DNA of 64,000 bases from Ramazzottius varieornatus. Lineage: Eukaryota; Animalia; Tardigrada. Location of the stretch: positions 993,101 to 1,057,100 of the forward strand of contig BDGG01000005.1 of the NCBI GenBank assembly GCA_001949185.1. Direction: 5' to 3'. Under the pieces are notes generated by a model, which made no database searches, was not told where the DNA came from, and was given only the letters and a program-made list of their open reading frames with translations. Positions 39,510 to 51,397 of this stretch are shown piece after piece. The first letter of the stretch is position 1, and every line of letters begins with the position of its first letter. Both the position numbers and the translations under genes were made by a program.

Positions 39510-42058
39510 ATGGATGGAGCAAGCAGGAAAGAGAATCCCAAGAGGAAGCTGGATCGACTGCAGAACAAAGTCAGCAAGCTGAAAGCCTTCTACGAGTTGA
39601 CGAAGCCGAAACGTAAGTCTTCCTGCTCCTAACTCAGCAGCCCTAAGTATCGTGTCGTTAACCTGGTTATGTAACTTTATAGCTGTTGAACCTGTGCGGG
39701 GCGGTGGCGATGATGAGCGGAAGCAAGAAAGCTCGCCCGACTCAGGCGTCGAAGTTGAACCGAAGTCACATCCGAAGATTCTCCCCGAAGATGAACTGGA
39801 GCATCTTCGTGCACGTCTACGTGCTCAACAGAAAGAGAAGCTTTCGCGACCGGTTCTGTTTCAGACTACCATACCCTCAATGTTACGGCCTGCCGATGTG
39901 CGGCAGCTGTTAATGTACGCTCTGGAAGGTGGCGGTGCTTCGGGAATTAAGCCAGAATGGTGCTCACTCATTCGATGGCAGAAGATCAGCCAAGTTATCG
40001 TCGTGTCGGTGGAAAATATGACCAGAGTCGACTGGGACAAGTATTCGCTGGCAAATCGTCAACTGAGGACGTTCTTGGAGGTATATGGACCATTGGAACC
40101 GCAAGACGAGAAACACCTGTCCAAATGCTTGCTTGAATATCCGCTCAGCATAACACGTCTGGAGAAGATGGGCAGAGGCACGAAGGAACGTCAAATATCG
40201 CAAGGTGATGTTTTTGGCATGTGCGCAGCGTTCTCGCAAAGCGGAAGATGTGATCGAGAGAAAGCCACGGGAGGATGATTATTTCCTCACTGTCTCGACC
40301 GAAGCGCCATATGACGTCTCGATACCGAACTCAAACTAATGTGGTGCTGCAGTGACGTCATGCGTGACTGTTGTTTGTTGGTACTGGGAAATTCACAGCA
40401 CCGTCAGCGTAGTTAGTCGTCCCGAAATCATCCAGCAGCAAAGAATGTTTGCTCTTTTGTAGGTTCTTTGTTTCCGATGTACAAAGCTTACACGCAAATC
40501 TCTCTACCCCCTCCACAGGACGACATTGGGGCAGACTGCCGGTTCGACCTGATGATGAGCATCGAGAGAATGGCCATGGAAAGATTCCCCATCCCGACAC
40601 ATCAGAATGGTCTTGACATTAGCTACTACGTCCCCACGAAAGGTGCTTACGCTCCCGTCACCTCGACGAGTCCTCTTTTCGGTGTCGACTGCGAAATGTG
40701 CATGACAAGCTCACGCAGACACGAACTCACGAGGATATCCATCGTCAACGAAACCCTCCAGGTGAAAATACCATCTTCAATCGCTTATTACTGTTTCCAA
40801 AATTGAAATCTTAGCAAATCTAGTTTTTTAGGTTGTGTACGACACGTACGTGAAGCCCTTTAACCCGGTTCTGAACTACCTGACAAAGTACAGTGGTATC
40901 ACGAAAGCCATCCTCGATCCAGTCAAGACTCGCCTCCACGACGTACAAGAAGCCATCCGGAAACTACTTCCACCCGACGCCATTCTGTGCGGGCAGTCGC
41001 TGAACGGTGATCTACACGCGCTCGAGATGATACATCCTTACGTGATTGATACTAGTGTCATCTACAACCTAACCGGAAGTCCGAGAGCCAAGACAGCTCT
41101 CAAGACCCTTTCGATGGTCTTCTTAGGAAAGAAGATCCAGGGAGCGGATAAGCGAGGCCATGACTCTGTGGAAGACAGTCGAACTACAATGGAGCTGGTC
41201 CTGTTGAAACTAAGACATGGTCCACAGTTTGGTGATGTTTCTCGAGGCTGGGAAATGCCGAGAAGCACGCCAGACAAAGCTGCAGAAAACAGTACCGACT
41301 TAATCAAGAACGAACCAGTCAACGATAAACCAGTAAAGCCTGACGCTGCCGATGAGCTCTCATTTAAAAACTCACTTCCCCCTTCTCAACCTAAGCCGTT
41401 CATAGACTCAAAGTTGAAGGCGGAATCTTTGGAGGAATTTTCAGGGAAGCCCGGTGAGAAAAGAAAAGCCGAAGAATCCCTGCCTGGAAAAAAGAGGAAG
41501 GCGCCAGAAACTCTCGCCGCTGATTTTGTCCAGTTTACGCCAGATACTCCTACCACAAATTGTCACTTCCGGGAAAGTATGCTGAAGTGTGCGGAACGAG
41601 CGAAGAAGACGACCTACGTCGTCGGCAGTAGTGACTACATTCAAGAAGTATCGACGAAGGACCCCAAGCGAGTCCACCACGTCGATTCGACGAGGACGGC
41701 TGTAAAGAACGCTGTCGAGAACCTGCCTAGTCATGACTTTTCCTTCGTCGAGCTCTCGTTGCGGATTTCGGAAGATGAGCATAGGCAACAGGTAAGAAGT
41801 TGCACTCGGGACTTTGATGGTGTTGTAATGCAGAGCCAAAGTGTAGCGCTTTTGCAGAAGAGGACCAAGTCGCTGATCAAGCAAGTACTGAAGCTGTTTT
41901 CAACTGCCGCTGACCGGTCGCTCTGCATGCTGGTGTTGTCTGGTAACCTAGCTTCTGAGTCCAGTGGTATTTGTTGCGCCGCTGTCAAAAACTCGATCAA
42001 GTTTGAAGCTTTAATGTCGTCAGATACGACTTCCGGTCCAGCGGAGGACCCAGAATAA
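39510..42058 (+). CDS. REXO5: RNA exonuclease 5-like (NEF-sp; DEDDh 3'-5' exonuclease), multi-exon
   Basis: PLFGVDCEMC, ELTRISIV, YDTYVKP, TKYSGIT, ILCGQSLNGDLHAL, HPYVIDTS, GHDSVEDS; N-terminal KPEWCSLIRWQKISQVIV. Confidence 0.85.
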
Positions 42059-42371
42059 CCTTTTATTCTTGCTGTTTTCAACCACATCGACGAAAAAATT
42101 CCGTTGAAAATTTTTACCTGTTGTCTCGACTTGTTTGCTCGTCACTCACTAGTCTGACGATTTATTAGGAAAAATAACTCAAACTGAAAACGAAATGCTA
42201 TGTTATAAAATATACGACGAATAGAAGCTCTCCAACTCTAAGACTAAGGCTCGACAGTGTCTGAAGAAACACACCAACTCAGCGAAGAGGCCAAATTACC
42301 GAAATCAGTCATACCGTATATGACTCATACGTTGATCTATAGGTTTGGAATTGTGGTTCTGTGACTTCTGT

Positions 42372-43440
42372 CTAGCGTCCTCCAAGGAGTCCGCCGAGAA
42401 GTCCACCGCCTCCTCCTTCTTGTCCTCCCTGAGCTGGCTGCTGGCCGCCTTGAGCCGGTGGGGTTCCTCCTTGGGCTGGTTGGGCCGGTTGAGCTGGCTG
42501 TTGTCCGTTGTTGCCGCCTAGTAAGCCGCCAACGACATTGTCCACTGTATTGCCAACATTGCCCAGCAGGCCGCGCCTTTGCCTACCTCCGAGAAGTCCG
42601 CCGACCGCTGGAGCTCCGGCCAGGACTTCTTTGGGCACTCGGGCATCGGTTAGTCCCAAGCAGTCGCAGACTCCGGCGACGCAAACAGCCAGTAACTGCT
42701 GGTCACATTGCAACCGTCCCATGCAGGACTTGGGATCGCTCACTGTAAAATGACCTGATGAAGAAAAGGTGTGGAAATCATTTTGCGCGGAATGATCACT
42801 ACTTACAGCCGGGGCAAAGAACGTTGGCTGTTCCAAGGAGACGATTTCCTGGTCCCTGTGGGCCTCCTTGTGGACCATCCTGCGCCTGTAATACTCCCGG
42901 GTTGTTTTGTGTTGTGTTGTCGGTCTTATTGGCTGAAACATCATTACAATTGTCAAGACCGGGTGCTTCGAGTGGATCTACCTCAGAAAGCCGACTAAGT
43001 TCGTCGTAAAATGGGAGCTGGGCAAAAACAAACATACAAGATCACTGTCTCTAGTGGCGCACGTTTCCATTATTACTGGCGGGATAAGGGCGCCACTTAA
43101 GATAGCAATCTTGTGAGTCATGTTTTCCCAGCTCCCAGATTATTTCGATGTTCGAATTATACAGAACCACCGTTCGATGTCATATGTATTTTTAACTTAC
43201 TAGCACTTGGCGGTGGAGGTGGAGGAGGAGCAGAGGAGCTAGGAGCCACAACTGTAAAGGAAAAGTAAGACTGCTGGTTCACCAATATGATTACGGTATG
43301 GCCAAATGATACTCGTACCGATAAAGAAGAATGAGGTTAAACCGCGAGAACGCTGGATACTTACCTTGGGCGCTGGCCAGGACGAGAACGCAGGTCAGAA
43401 CTGCGGAAAGAACAAGCATTTTGGTTGACATCTTTGCCAT
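42372..43440 (-). CDS. Secreted Pro/Cys/Gly-rich precursor (4 exons, all phase-1 introns)
   Basis: Signal-like MLVLSAVLTCVLVLASAQ; poly-Pro exon; Cys cluster CPGC...SCMGRLQC...CVAGVCDC; RQRR site followed by GLLG repeats. Confidence 0.7.
43052..43098. repeat. Palindromic N25 element copy 8 (intron of secreted-precursor gene)
   Basis: tagtggcgcac-N25-gggcgccactt; arms ctgggcaaaaac..acaagat / atcttgt..gttttcccag. Confidence 0.85.
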
Positions 43441-44304
43441 CCAAGTAATAATGGTAAGTTTTCGAACGACGAGTTTGCGAGAACAGAGAGCGATACTCTA
43501 CATTTGTAATACATCGGTTTTATAGCGTCTCGGTACTTCTTTTTTGTTGTTTATGATCACATCATTCAGCGATTTTGTTTTGCAGATTGGAAAATCCCGT
43601 TGGCAACCATACTACGATCGTGATTTCCCAAGTGGAGAGCTTGAGAGGTGTAAGTAACGGGTTTGGCGGTTTTGGCCTGTTTCGGTCGCTGATGGGTTTT
43701 GAAGTGTCTTATTTTCTACTGCGCGGGTTGACTTGTACTGTAGTTGTTTGTTCATAGGAGGCTCTCGTTTTCAACCATGGATTTTCGATTCAACCGAAAC
43801 TCAATCGAAACTAAAAAGAAAAAATTGAGCTTCAATGAAGCTTCTATTTTCCCCGCCGGAAAAAAAGCTTCCTTGTTCCTTTAGCGCATGGAAAGGCGGA
43901 ATGGTTCCGACGACCAGAGCTGACAGCCAGGAAGTAAAGCGACCTCACTTGACGCGTGCATGTTCTGGCCGTAGCCCACAATAAATCGCTAGCACCTGGG
44001 CCATCAATCTAGTAAAATATCCCGTTACTGTTAGTATCCCCCCTCCGGACTGGAACAACTGACAGAAATGAGTATTTTAACCAATGCGGATCTGGACAGC
44101 TCATAATTCCCTGTAATTTCAGTGACAATATGTTACTCATAGACAAATTTTTCCCGTTTACCCAGACTTCATACGATAAATCAGTGCTTTCATTCTCAAA
44201 GGAATACTTCGTCCGAGCTGGGTTCTGGCGTTACTAAAACACGAATTTACCTTCCAGCGAGGTTCTTCAGTAGTTTTTGGGACATTTACTCCCGAATAGT
44301 CGAA

Positions 44305-45843
44305 ATGGACCATTTGCCGGTACCAGTACGTCCCCGAGAGTATAGAGAAAAGTCTGCCGACTACAACGATGGACCCGCTGCTCTATCAAGGACTTCGACC
44401 TATCCTCCTTCTCCGCGCAGAGTATCCTTGTTTTCGATTCCTCGTCCTCCGTCTCCACCGGACGAATATCCTGTAGAGTCCTCCAGCGCTCCGACCACCA
44501 CACACTCTTCTCCCGCCTTGTCGCATAGGTCCCGAATAACCATTGCCTCGGAATCCGATTTCTTCTACGGTCGAATTCCGGAGGTGCAGATGTTCAATTT
44601 GTTCTGCAATGAAGATTTTCCCGGTGTGGCTAACTTGTCGCTTTCTCGAGGCAGTACACCATCTGTCAATCGTATGCATCAGGAGCTTTCCACCTTTACC
44701 AGATCTCTGGAAGGACTGAGCTCGAAAGACATCAAAAGCATATTGGTCAGAAGACAACATGAATACGCGGACATCGACGTGAGCGACGACGATGTCAGCA
44801 CAGCACTTCAACCAGGTCCTTATTTTGAGCGACCCAACAACGTGGAAGACTACGTTCGTATCACGCAACGGAAAGTTACCTTTAAGGAGTTTCCACAGCT
44901 GACCGGGAACTACAAAATGCCTTCTCGTTCTCAAAGCCTGGATTACATTCCTGATCTCAAGCCGACCATGCATCTAGCCAGCTTACTCGTCCAAACTTCC
45001 GCCTACCGGCATCTTCGAATGGACTGGGAGGTGTGCAGTGAAGTCTTCTCGCTTCTTCGCCATAACAAAGACGGAAGCATCAAGTACAAAACTGCGTATG
45101 AGACCTTATCCCATATGGGTCTTCATTACATACGAAAGACTTCCGTCATCAGCCGGGAGAATTCTGGTAATATAATTGTTCGAGACAACTGGCGACCAAA
45201 CTCGAGAAGATCGCTTCTCTAAGTGGCGTACGCCTTCAGCCCATACCAATGAGATCGTGCGCCACCAGACAAAACGATCTGCCGACTTTGTTTGCCGAGC
45301 TTTCCAATTGCACAATGAACTTCGATTGTGGTGTTTCGATGGATTTCAGGGGTTACTCTCGAACAGTTTTTCCTGATGTGTCTGGAGTGCCGGAAGCAGC
45401 TGTGTCTCGTAGAAGTGCAAGACCCGTTAGCTAGGATGGCCTTTTGGATGCTGAAAAGAGATGCAACGAAAATGACCAGGGAGGAGGCGGAATTGCTTCT
45501 TACTCGATTCTTTGCAGATGACTTGATCCAGTCGCACATTACAAGCGATGTGAAAGGTCTGGTTCAGTATCTAGATCGGGAAGGTGACGACACTGTGCGG
45601 TACGAAGACTTTTTTGGGATACTGAAGAAGAAACCGAAGACGCTGGAGGATTACGAGCGGCAGGCGGAAGTGCAGAAACGAGTAAGGCGAGTTTTCTCGA
45701 TGACATTCAGCGACCTTGACCTGGCTTCGTCCTGGGCTTTCTCCGTGTATCACTGTAAATGTTGGCCGTCTTGCGGGCCTTACTGTAGGCAGATGTCCAG
45801 TTGTATCCGGGACTGTTTTCACGCTTGCTGCGGTGTCATGTAA
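44305..45843 (+). CDS. Uncharacterised protein with Ser/Pro-rich N-terminus and degenerate EF-hand-like C-terminus (intron ~45167-45348)
   Basis: EF-hand-like loops FSLLRHNKDGSIKY, ENSG|VTLEQF and LDREGDDTVRYEDF; two long ORFs joinable by a phase-1 GT-AG intron. Confidence 0.6.
45221..45267. repeat. Palindromic N25 element copy 9 (intron of EF-hand-like gene)
   Basis: aagtggcgtac-N25-gtgcgccacca. Confidence 0.82.
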
Positions 45844-45905
45844 ACAAAAACCCGGATTAAAAATTAGAAAAAGGCGGTAACCGAGATAGAGAGGAAGCAA
45901 AAAGT

Positions 45906-45978
45906 CGCCCAACGGGGGGCTCGAACCCCCGACATCGAGATTAAGAGTCTCGCGCTCTACCGACTGAGCTAGCCGGGC
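45906..45978 (-). tRNA. tRNA-Lys (anticodon CTT)
   Basis: Reverse complement GCCCGGCTAGCTCAGTCGGTAGAGCGCGAGACTCTTAATCTCGATGTCGGGGGTTCGAGCCCCCCGTTGGGCG (73 nt, cloverleaf), followed by a T5 Pol III terminator (45899-45903). Confidence 0.97.
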
Positions 45979-46406
45979 GAATCAACTAAAAGGGATTGTC
46001 AACTTTAACCATCAATGACAAAGCACCGCTGAGCCGGCCGCTTTGAAATCTTGTCGTTTCCTGAAGTGAAGGTCTGAAACCCTAGGTCTGCGGAGTGCGG
46101 AGCAAGGTAATCTAGCAACTTCGAAGGCAGATCTTGAACCTTTGTTATAATAAATGAGCTATGGCATGGTGGCAACGAAACCCGCATTGATCACCGCAGG
46201 AGGTTCATCGAAGTGGCCAAACCTCCCTGTCTGAAGTTACCTGGCGCTGAAGACGCTGTCAAAACAGTTGCAGTTGGAGTTATGCTGAGGCCTCCTCTCC
46301 AACGCTCCGAGCACAGGTATGATGAACGTCGGAACGATAAGCAGCAGGTAGGGCTTCATTTCAGCCCGAAGAATCTTCCTCATTAGCGTCAATGGAAATG
46401 CTATAA

Positions 46407-47207
46407 TCAATGAGCCTCGTCGTTAGAATGGCTATCATAAGGCGGAAGCTGAAAGGAGGAGGGATCAAACTCAAGAAGTGACTTCAGAATCAAAGTAGCT
46501 CCGCTATCTTTGAATTCTTTGAGGTCAGCCCTCTCGTCAGGGACCGCAACTACCCTCATCCCGGCGGCCACTGCGGCCTGCACACCATTCAGCGCATCCT
46601 CAAAGACCAGACAGTTCTTTGGATCCGGAGCATCCGGAAAACGTCTCGCACACACGAGGAAAACATCAGGAGCAGGTTTGCCCACCTTTACTTCGGGATC
46701 GTCGCTTGCTAGAACATGGTGCTGAAACATTAAAAGGAAGTCTTTGTGGTTCATCGTCTTCTTTCCAAAGAAAAAGGTATCCGAGCCCGTTGCGATCGCC
46801 ATTGGAATCTTATGTCTGTGAATAATGTCCAGTTAAACTATTGAAATGTCTAGGAGTGTCTCACGGACATACCTATGTAAGTGTTGGACCAGTTTAACTG
46901 CACCGGGGAGAAACTTGCATGTAGGAAGTACGTGTGTCAGCTCCTGGCGTACATGTTTTATGTATTCGTCAACGGTGACAGGCAATCTTAAAGTTTCGAT
47001 GGCCACCAGCGCAGCTTCTCTTTCCTTTCGTCCCATTTGACGTTGCTTGACTTCCCATGTGAAGGCTTTTCCGTACTTGATGCAGTACTCTTCGAGGATT
47101 TGAGTGTAAAAGATTTCGGTGTTGAGCAGCAAGCCATCCAAGTCGAAGATAACGTGGGTTACTGGGACTGGGGCTTTTTCACGAGATGCGTCCGTATGAT
47201 CCGCCAT
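46407..47207 (-). CDS. PUDP: Pseudouridine-5'-phosphatase (HDHD1/GS1-like HAD hydrolase), 2 exons
   Basis: THVIFDLDGLLLNTE (HAD motif I), AIATGS, GKPAPDVF, CLVFEDALNGVQAA. Confidence 0.92.
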
Positions 47208-47710
47208 CGTGATGCTGTTGAAGTCCAGCCGGGAGTTACTAGTGCGTCCTTGGAACATGTCAGCCGAGCATTGTCCGCGCAAGTTAACGACGTCAATCGC
47301 AGGAATTGGTATTTAAGAAAGATCCGCAAATGAGCTGTTTGGAGACTTTGGCCTCGGCTCTGGCTACCGGAACCGGAAGTTAAGGTTGTTGTACTAACTA
47401 AAGTCAGGTACGGTCATGTCATATAAGTTGAACGTAAGGTCTGATCACGTAAGGACGTAAGGCTATATATACTGAAATGACTTTCGTTATTATTAATTTT
47501 TGTGTTTCCAGAATTCTGCTCCATCTATCTGGGTACCGATGTTCTCGCTCGTGGGACAGCATCCTCCATGGGTCCAGCATCGACGTGAGGACCATTGCCC
47601 AGCATCTTCTTCTTTGCGGACAGGGTGAGATTGTACGGACGCTTGTTAGGCGCTACAGCGTTTATGCGAGAAGCTCCATCTACACTTCCCACGCTGACCC
47701 TGCAGCATCA

Positions 47711-49194
47711 ATGTCTCGGCGGAGATCATGGTCAGCTATGGCGGCAGTCGCTGTTTCTCTCGGAGGCTATTATCTCTACTCGTAAGAGCAGTGTCGATGT
47801 GTTTGAAGTCGACTTTATGAACCTTATCGTTGTTCCTTATGTTGTTTTAGTGAATACAATGGATGTACTTATAAAAGCAAAGAAGATGTATGGGACATCG
47901 TTAGATGATCCTGACTCACTTTATCGTGATGATGCTCACTGTAATCTGTTTCAGCTGAAAGGACATACCTTTATATTAACGGGAGCGACAAATGCCGGTG
48001 TGGGGAAGGAGACAGCTAGGGAGCTCGCTATTCGAGGTGAGTTGTTTTAATTATGGAGTTCGACTTCCGCCGTGGGCGCATGACAGAGTTTTAGACGTAT
48101 TAATTCTATTTTTCCTTCAGGTGCAACTGTGATACTTGGAGCAAAGAATCTGGATAGGTGTCATCAAGCGAGGCACCAGATTATCACATCTACCAACTTC
48201 CAAAATCGTGAAATCGAGTGCGTTCCACTGGACTTGAAGTCGTTATCGTCAATTAGAAAATTCGTCCAGAACCTACCAAAAGGTTCGTACTTTTCCGATT
48301 ACAAAATGGGTATCGTTCATTCAGTGTACGTACATCATAGATCTACCGGTGGACGCTTTGGTGAATGCCGCGGAAACCATAAAGAAAGATTCTCGCGAAG
48401 AAACGGTCGATGGACTCGAGAAACAGATGGGCGTTAGCCATTTTGGTACGCTCGATTCTGCTTTCTGTAACACAGAAACGCAAATTTCTATCGGTAGAAG
48501 AAACTGCCTTACAATGCTGTCGCGAACTGTGGAGCTAAGATTTGAAGTCGTCGGAGTTGTGAGCGTTTCAAAGTTCGCGAGACAGTGATCCATTGTCCAG
48601 GGTTTCCTTTGCATTTTTAGGGCATTTCCTGCTGACGAACCTCGTGGTCGAAAAGTTCAACACCATACCGGGGCTTCGAATAGTCAACATAGCTTTTCCT
48701 TCATCGAAAGAGGCTTCCATTAATTTCGATGATTTGAACTCGGAGAAGGATTATAATCCATCGCGGGTGTACCGGCAAGCTAAGCTAGCGACTCTCCTGA
48801 CGACCCTGGAAGCCTCGAAGCGGTTCGGACATGGTGTTACCGTAAATGCCGTCTATCCCGGGCAATGCAATACCGAAATCTACCGTCATGTTTCGGGCAA
48901 TCAATCTTTCATCGTGAAAATCCTAATGCAACCGCTGTTCATGTTTCTGTTCAAGTCACCGGAAAGAGCAGCGCAGACAGGTAGGAATTTGTTCGCTTCC
49001 GGTTGGCTCTTCCTTTGTTTCACCGAGTTCTTCTTCCTTCAGTTTTGTACGCTGCTCTAAATAAGGATCTGGAAGGAGTAACAGGCAAGTATGTTGCGGA
49101 CTGCATGGTGAAAGAGCTTCCCATTCGAGAAACGGAAGCTGCACAAAGCAAACGACTGTGGGAAGTATCGAGAGAAATTGTAGAGGGCGTTTAG
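47711..49194 (+). CDS. Retinol dehydrogenase 13-like short-chain dehydrogenase (multi-exon; start uncertain)
   Basis: ILTGATNAGVGKETARELA, LDLKSLSSIRKF, GHFLLTNL, INFDDLN, YRQAK (YxxxK), KSPERAAQT, RLWEVS. Confidence 0.85.
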
Positions 49195-49823
49195 TTCGAA
49201 TCTCTGTTCGGTGTTTGCGCTCTGTAATCTTGTTGAAAGTTCTGAGTTCTGACCTCGGCCTTTTATTCTGCTTTTAAAATTTTTCTGCATAATTACGGTT
49301 TTAGCTTTATATGTGGAATGTTCGTTTTGGCAAGACCTTGTGGACATCTTTAATTTTTACTTGTTTTACGTCTGGGTTACGACCAGAGTGTCCATTAAAC
49401 TGAAATTGTCCCGGTGATTGGAAATCGGCGTTGCTCTAGTCGGGATGACTATGTAAGATAGACAAAGAAAAGCCGTTGTCCAAAACAAATTTTAGTCTTG
49501 ATGAAGGAGGCGGCCAGTAAAGGTGGATGACTGGAATAAAACCACGAGCTGCGGAACCATCACTTCGTTTTACCGGATGAGGTCGCGCGTCATGTCATGT
49601 TGCGCGCCTACTGTCTGGCCTTATCACACACTGTGACTTGCATGACAGCCTCGATGTTCTGTCGCTGAACTGGCCGTTTCCCTACCATATTTGATTACGT
49701 CATACGTCCATGTTTGACGACGACCAGCGGGCAAAATCCCAGACCAGATAGTCAGCTGTTTTCCATTTCTGCATAAACAAACTTATCGCACGAAGTTTCT
49801 CCGCAGGCCATCAGGGCATTATA

Positions 49824-50913
49824 GAGTTTGCGAGGACAGGTCAGGTCTCATAAACTGCCATCATATTTGCGACTCTCAGGTTGTAGTCTCAGATTTAGGC
49901 AAATCAACTCCGCCCCAATCAAGCTTTATGAGAGTCATAAGTGCCGTCACCACCTGTGCATGCGAAGAATTTCGCCTCGGGGTCTCACGTTTGTGCACTC
50001 TCAGATCGCAATGCTTCTCTGCCGACCGGAAGTAAAAAACTCCGACCGGATCTGCAGTGGTGTCTTGACTCTTGACCATCTTCTACTCTCCCGAACTCTT
50101 TAAAATTTTGCATGGCACGAAAAGGAGACGACAACACGCACGATAACGCGAAAGTCAAAGGAGGCACATCAAGGACTTATCCGATAACGCGAGGGATACG
50201 CCTGTTTTCTCATTTTCTACTTCAGCAAGTTTAGTGCAGTTTCCTTATGTCTTAAGCCTGGCTAGCCGGCTTTACAAATACCCCCAGACCACATAATCGG
50301 CAGCCTCAACTGGTTGCTCCGGGGAGAAAGCGGCCATCGTAGATGACATGGAATCCTGAGCATTGTTGCTTAATGCTCACTGCGCCGAGTTTGCATGACA
50401 CTCCGAAAGTGATACCGCTCTCGTCCGTCGAACGTCAGCCGGCTAGCCAGGCTACTAGCCTCTGGTAATCTGGAAGTATCCTGGTGCTATGAAGTTCACG
50501 GATAATAGCAAATCTCCAAGCTTGAGTCGCGATTCCTCGGGCATCGTGAAACTCGAAGTGCGCCCCTGAAGTAGGGTTAGATGCGTGTGTGTTATGTCGT
50601 AATCCCCTGTAGAAGTTCGACACCGCACGCTGCGGTCCAAAATCACGAAAGGGGTAGTCTTCAGGCTCCGGAACGCGCAGAGATACGCAAAAGTTAGAGG
50701 GGATAATTTACCGGACGGTCTCAGAAATCGGTCTCATTGAAATTTCAGTTTTCCATGAGACCAGTCGGGCGCGATGTCAGAATCAAAGTCTCGGATTCCG
50801 AGTCGACCAATAGCAGCGTTTCAGCGTGTTCGAGCCGGCTCACGACCCGGCGAAACATCAGACCGAAAGACGAGAGTGGCTTTTTATGAGACCTGACTCG
50901 TCCTCGCAATCTC
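49824..50913 (-). mobile_element. Non-autonomous TIR DNA transposon copy B (inverted relative to copy A)
   Basis: TATA|GAGTTTGCGAGGACAGGTCAGGTCTCAT ... ATGAGACCTGACTCGTCCTCGCAATCTC|TATA; reverse-complement homology to 16959-18034 over the full length. Confidence 0.85.
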
Positions 50914-51397
50914 TATATTTTGAAGTTCCTTCCGAAAAACGCGATTGTTTTTGACTTTCAGCAACACCACCTGACTTACCTGAGCTGTTTGTCTTTTCAC
51001 TTCACTGCGGCGATGATCGTGTAGACGTGTATCAAAAGTAGGTTTGTTGCAGAAATCGATAATCGTATCGTGTGTTTTGCAGAGTTATTTTTGTAGCTTC
51101 GGAAAAGAGGTCACGCGATCACATAGTGATCATAATTGCACTGCCAAGTTCTCAAGTTATACTGTTGCAACACATTCTTCGCTCCGAATACCACAAGAAT
51201 TCTAGTGGAAGAGCATCGGGAGCTTTAAGGTAAGACCATGTCCGCTCTGAGAGCGCTCATTGCAGATGGTTATACAGTCCTTCCTGGGGAGACCTTCGTC
51301 CATATGCGATGCCTGTTCTTATCTTGGATTCTTTCACGTTATCCATTTTTACAAAAGTCAGACATCTGGTTCATATTCCAGTGAAAAAGTTTCGAAG

